Part shown: one piece after another, positions 60,202-64,000 of the stretch | Layout of the letters: every line of letters starts with the position of its first letter | How positions within the stretch are numbered: position 1 is the stretch's first letter | NCBI GenBank assembly: GCA_964658305.1 | Contig: OZ210885.1 | Span: 24,986,001 to 25,050,000, forward strand | DNA length: 64,000 nucleotides | Reading direction: 5' to 3' | Source of the DNA: Leptogorgia sarmentosa | Taxonomy: Eukaryota | Position numbers and translations under genes: made by a program | The notes under the pieces: generated by a model | The model's input: the letters and a program-made list of their open reading frames with translations, nothing else | Told to the model about the DNA's origin: nothing | Databases searched by the model: none

Positions 60202-60735
60202 TCATTCTGTATCATGTGTAATATGGAATAGACGGTCACACAAGTTGGATGACCTAATATTTTTAAATAGACAAATAAATTCCTTACTTCCCTGTCTCGA
60301 TAGAACCAATCTGCAAAGCTTAAGAAGGCTTTGTGGTGTTCGATTAAGAAATGCCTTGAACATGTTGAGCAAATAATAGAATTCGTCATCCAGTTTGTTG
60401 AGAACGGAGGAAGGCACAATTACTGATTTCATAGGGTATCCAAGGTAGTCTAGTACTTGCTCCGCGCATTGTTCCATGAAGCTTAAAAACATTTCTTCAC
60501 AGGTACGTTCACTAGGCATTTCGTACCATTTTTGAATATCATACTTTTGGTAAAACCTGTTGCGGAATTTGATATATGGGTTCGTCTTTTCTTCCTTCGA
60601 TGCTCCACACACAATCGAGTTTCTTAACCTGTTTTGGGAATCGGTGGTGTTGGATTGAAGAAATTTTATCCAATTATCAGGGAAGCCATCATCCCAGATA
60701 TTCTTCCAACGAAAGGAAAAACCATTGTTCTCCAA
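60202..60735 (-). CDS. Hypothetical protein or exon of unknown family
   Basis: 177-aa open frame with protein-like composition; no motif recognised. Confidence 0.35.
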   Translation of the reverse strand: MENNGFSFRWKNIWDDGFPDNWIKFLQSNTTDSQNRLRNSIVCGASKEEKTNPYIKFRNRFYQKYDIQKWYEMPSERTCEEMFLSFMEQCAEQVLDYLGYPMKSVIVPSSVLNKLDDEFYYLLNMFKAFLNRTPQSLLKLCRLVLSRQGSKEFICLFKNIRSSNLCDRLFHITHDTE

Positions 60736-60995
60736 TTTGGTGCGTGTTCTCCAGTACTATGGGAAAAAAAAGAATTACATAGTACATACATAATATATAA
60801 TTATGTTTTATAAAAGCATGCAATATTACGTGAATTATTGGTCTAATATCATTGTTGTCAATTTCCTGGACGCTGATTGGCTGAAAAGCTTCAACAACTG
60901 TGCAAATTAAACTTTAATTTGCACACTGTGCAAATTAAATTGACTGCACGGTTTCGAGCCCGCGATACATTATAAAAACAAATAAATAAACGCTT

Positions 60996-61353
60996 AAATC
61001 AACGCTAAAATTTTTGTTTTTTTTATCATTTATTGTCAACTTTGGACAAAAAAGGTTAGTGGACGTGTACTACAATGATATTAATACGAAATTACACTTG
61101 TTCTCGAAGTATTAATGAAAAATTGCACGCGTGTTTGGCGAAGCGAACTTAATTTACACGCCAAACACGCGTGCAATTTTTCATTAATACTTCTCGAACC
61201 GTGTAATTTCCTATACAAATCAACGCCAAAATTCTTGGTTTTTTTTGTCATTTATTGTCAACTTTGGACAAAAAAGGTTAGTGGACGTGGTATTTCGCCA
61301 AACATGTGTGCAATTTTTCATTAATACTTCGAGAACAAGTGTAATTTCCTATA
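60996..61353. repeat. Hairpin plus tandem duplication (non-autonomous element relic)
   Basis: Inverted repeat at about 61085-61215; ~70-bp direct repeat 60996-61066 versus 61217-61289; second copy of the hairpin arm at 61296-61353. Confidence 0.7.
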
Positions 61354-62415
61354 CAAAATACGAATTCCAAATACTGCTTCAACAAAAATTAACTTTTTGA
61401 ACATACTTGTTATCCTTTACTTTCGACACTTTCCAAATATCTGAAAGATCCGCTTCCATTCTTTTTCCTACTCTTTTTTCATCTTTCAAATGCTCCTCTT
61501 TCCAACGCATATACCCAGTTATTTTTTTTGTTTGCTTCACCCGCACTTCTGAATCTGGATGATTGGCCAAAATGGCAGTTTCAAGATCATATGCCCATGT
61601 CGCATCCTTATCACGAAATGAATCATCATCCGTCAGTACAGGTGATCCAAGTTCGTATACACTTGAGCGATATTTTCTCTGGAATGTCGAAAGTATATGT
61701 ACCAGCACCTAACTCAGTATACATTACTCTTTCGTACTAATATGGAAGGTCAGTGCGTTAAGAAGTCAGTCTGTTCTTTCCATTAACGTTCTGTACAGCA
61801 GGGCTAAAATATTCATCATCCTATCTAACCCTAACCTCTATATCACCCTACCTTGAGCTTACTTCTTCTTCGCAAATTTAGCGTTTCTGTTGGATTACAA
61901 TATGCATGCAATCAAAATCCCAATATAATAAAAATATTATTCCTAATTTTGAATAGTACCCAAATTAAACCCTTTGCTACATACATACATAAATAATATA
62001 TATTATATTAATAATCCTCGTTGAAACATTCAGGTCTAATGGCTAATTATGGCCACGTCATATTTAGCCATAGAAAGTTCCATTTCCAAAGAGTGCAATA
62101 GTACGAATACTATTGCACTCCAACGCTTCGCACAGTGCTCGCGGTTTATTATTACAGTTTTTTTAATAGACTGTTGCTGAAAAGGAATAGCTTATTTTGG
62201 TATTATATAAAAACAAATAAATGAAATAATGAATGTTTTTATTCATGCATGTTACCTGATTGTTGCAATGGTCATTTTTCTTCGTCGTTGGTTGATACAT
62301 CTCTATGATCGTGACCCATATGTACGTCGCCACTCTCGATTTTTTGCAAGAATCTTAATTTTTTTGATTGTGGATGTCTCAGTTGAATGATTGTTTATAG
62401 GAATGATTCTTAAGA

Positions 62416-62621
62416 TCACCTGCTTTTTACAGGTACTTGTTTCAATGTTTTGATTCCAATTTTATGGTTATTATCATATGGTTTTTCTTTGGAAATTACG
62501 GGTTGTTCAACTAAAAAGTTCACCATCCATTTTCTAATGTGCATTATATCGTCAGGTAAATAATCTATGTCTTCATCTGTTGCCATTATGAATGCATTTA
62601 TACACATGAATACACCACAAC
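62416..62621 (-). pseudogene. Ulp1/C48-like protease C-terminal fragment
   Basis: SCGVFMCINA...DI..IRKWM; cut by the Tc1 insertion. Confidence 0.45.
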
Positions 62622-62623
62622 TA

Positions 62624-63932
62624 CACTGTGTCCAAAAATTATATGCAAATGTGTATTTTCAAAATAATGTCAACAACTTTGAGGTTATGGGAATGAAATT
62701 TGGCATGCTCTATCAAAACATTAAGATATAGCGTGTAGTCAAATATTTCACTATTCCGGGTGTTATCTAAAAACATATTCCCCCTTTACAATTAAGATTT
62801 TTTTAAATGTCCAATATTTATATGCAACTGTAATTTATCCTTGCAACATGTGAAAATGTTAGACCCAGAAAATAAAATGTAAGACAGAGAATGTACAAAA
62901 ACACTCTTTTACTTCAATTTCAGGTAAATACACAAAATTATCTTTGTTCCATTTACAAAATGGGACATTTGTAGCTACAGTCAATACTTAATGTTAGCGC
63001 CACGATTAGCAACAACTGCAATTAGCCTTCGATCCATTGAGGAAGTAAGTTTTGAAACCTCATCTGCCAATATCTTTTGCTGCGACTTGAATTTCATTCC
63101 AAAGTTCATCTTTCAATCTGAACTGCTTGGCATTTGCATTTGATTATGCTCCACAGATTCTCGATCGGATTAAGATCAGGTGAACATGGAGGCCATTCCA
63201 TGATTGTGGCATTTTTGACCAACAATTTTTTCAAGAAACCCAACGTCAAACGTGCAGAATGCAACGGTGCATTATCATGCATAAATATCATTTTCTTTCT
63301 AAATGACAAACTCTTCTTTTTGTACCAGGGTAGCAGAAACTCTTTCAAAAATGCTGTATAGGTTTCAGCAGTTATCTTCACCCCATCCTTTACTCTAAAC
63401 GGACCAACTATTTCATTATTGATGATGCCTGCCCAGAACATGACTCCACCACCACCTTGCTGACGTCTTAATCTCTGGGGAGGAGGCGACTGTGTGTCAT
63501 ACCAGCCTCTACTCCAACCATCTGGACCATCGAGAGTCGCTCTACATTCATCCGTGAATAATACGTTTTCAAAGTTAACTTTCATGTTATTTTCTACCCA
63601 CTTCATTCTTTTTTCACGATGGACACATTTCAAAGGTGGTCTAGCCAATGGTTTTCCACATTTGCTTATCCTTTTCAAGATATGACACCTTGTACTTTTA
63701 GGTGTATTGGGTAAACCAACAGACTCAAAAATGTCTCTGCTGGTTTGGAGGGGATTGCGGCGAATCTCTCTTTTATACGCTTGATCATTCGGGGACTGAC
63801 AATTGAGCTTCCCCTAGGTTTACCTTTGTCTGATCTCCCACTAAAGGATGCTGGGTTTGCAACAAATATTTTGATCGTTCTATGATCACGCTTAAGTGTT
63901 TTAGCTATTTGAAGGGTTGTTTGTTTACTATG
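62624..63932 (-). mobile_element. Tc1-like DD37E (TRT-type) transposon, 5'-truncated and frameshifted
   Basis: TA|CACTGTGTCCAAAAATTATATGCAA end with an inner repeat near 62806; FTDE, HDNAP.H and WPPCSPDLNPIENLW with 37 residues between the second D and E. Confidence 0.88.
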
Positions 63933-64000
63933 AAGCCCAACAGGTGGGAAATTTGTCGGCGCTGACCAAAAAATCGCGGGCACATTGTGTTTACATTCCA

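Overview
AT-rich animal (probably marine invertebrate) genomic DNA made almost entirely of nested mobile elements; no ordinary host gene is recognisable. (1) From 1 to about 18.3 kb lies a Polinton/Maverick (adintovirus-like) endogenous virus with adenain protease, major capsid, basic amphipathic core protein, penton, chromodomain integrase and protein-primed PolB. Its PolB is split by short GT-AG introns, and its non-coding arm carries an apparently intact intron-containing tRNA-Tyr(GTA) plus a decayed tRNA-His-like copy between ~300-bp direct repeats. A full BEL/Pao LTR retrotransposon (containing a 774-bp foldback element and a 100-bp templated insertion) and a hAT MITE sit inside this arm. 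(2) From 19 to 32 kb are a PIF1 helicase relic, an intact-looking Sola2 transposon with ~700-bp TIRs, Sola3 and MULE/SWIM relics and a second foldback copy. (3) From about 33 to 42.8 kb is a second, very divergent Polinton-like virus arm with a SET-domain methyltransferase, a QxGG core protein, an apparently duplicated DEDD-nuclease/Cys-rich gene pair, orphan ORFs and a truncated PolB. (4) From 42.8 to 64 kb are hAT, DIRS-like, Tx1 LINE, THAP/Kolobok-like, ISL2EU, Ulp1-like and Tc1 DD37E fragments plus MITEs. Family calls rest on motifs recognised by eye; no searches were run.
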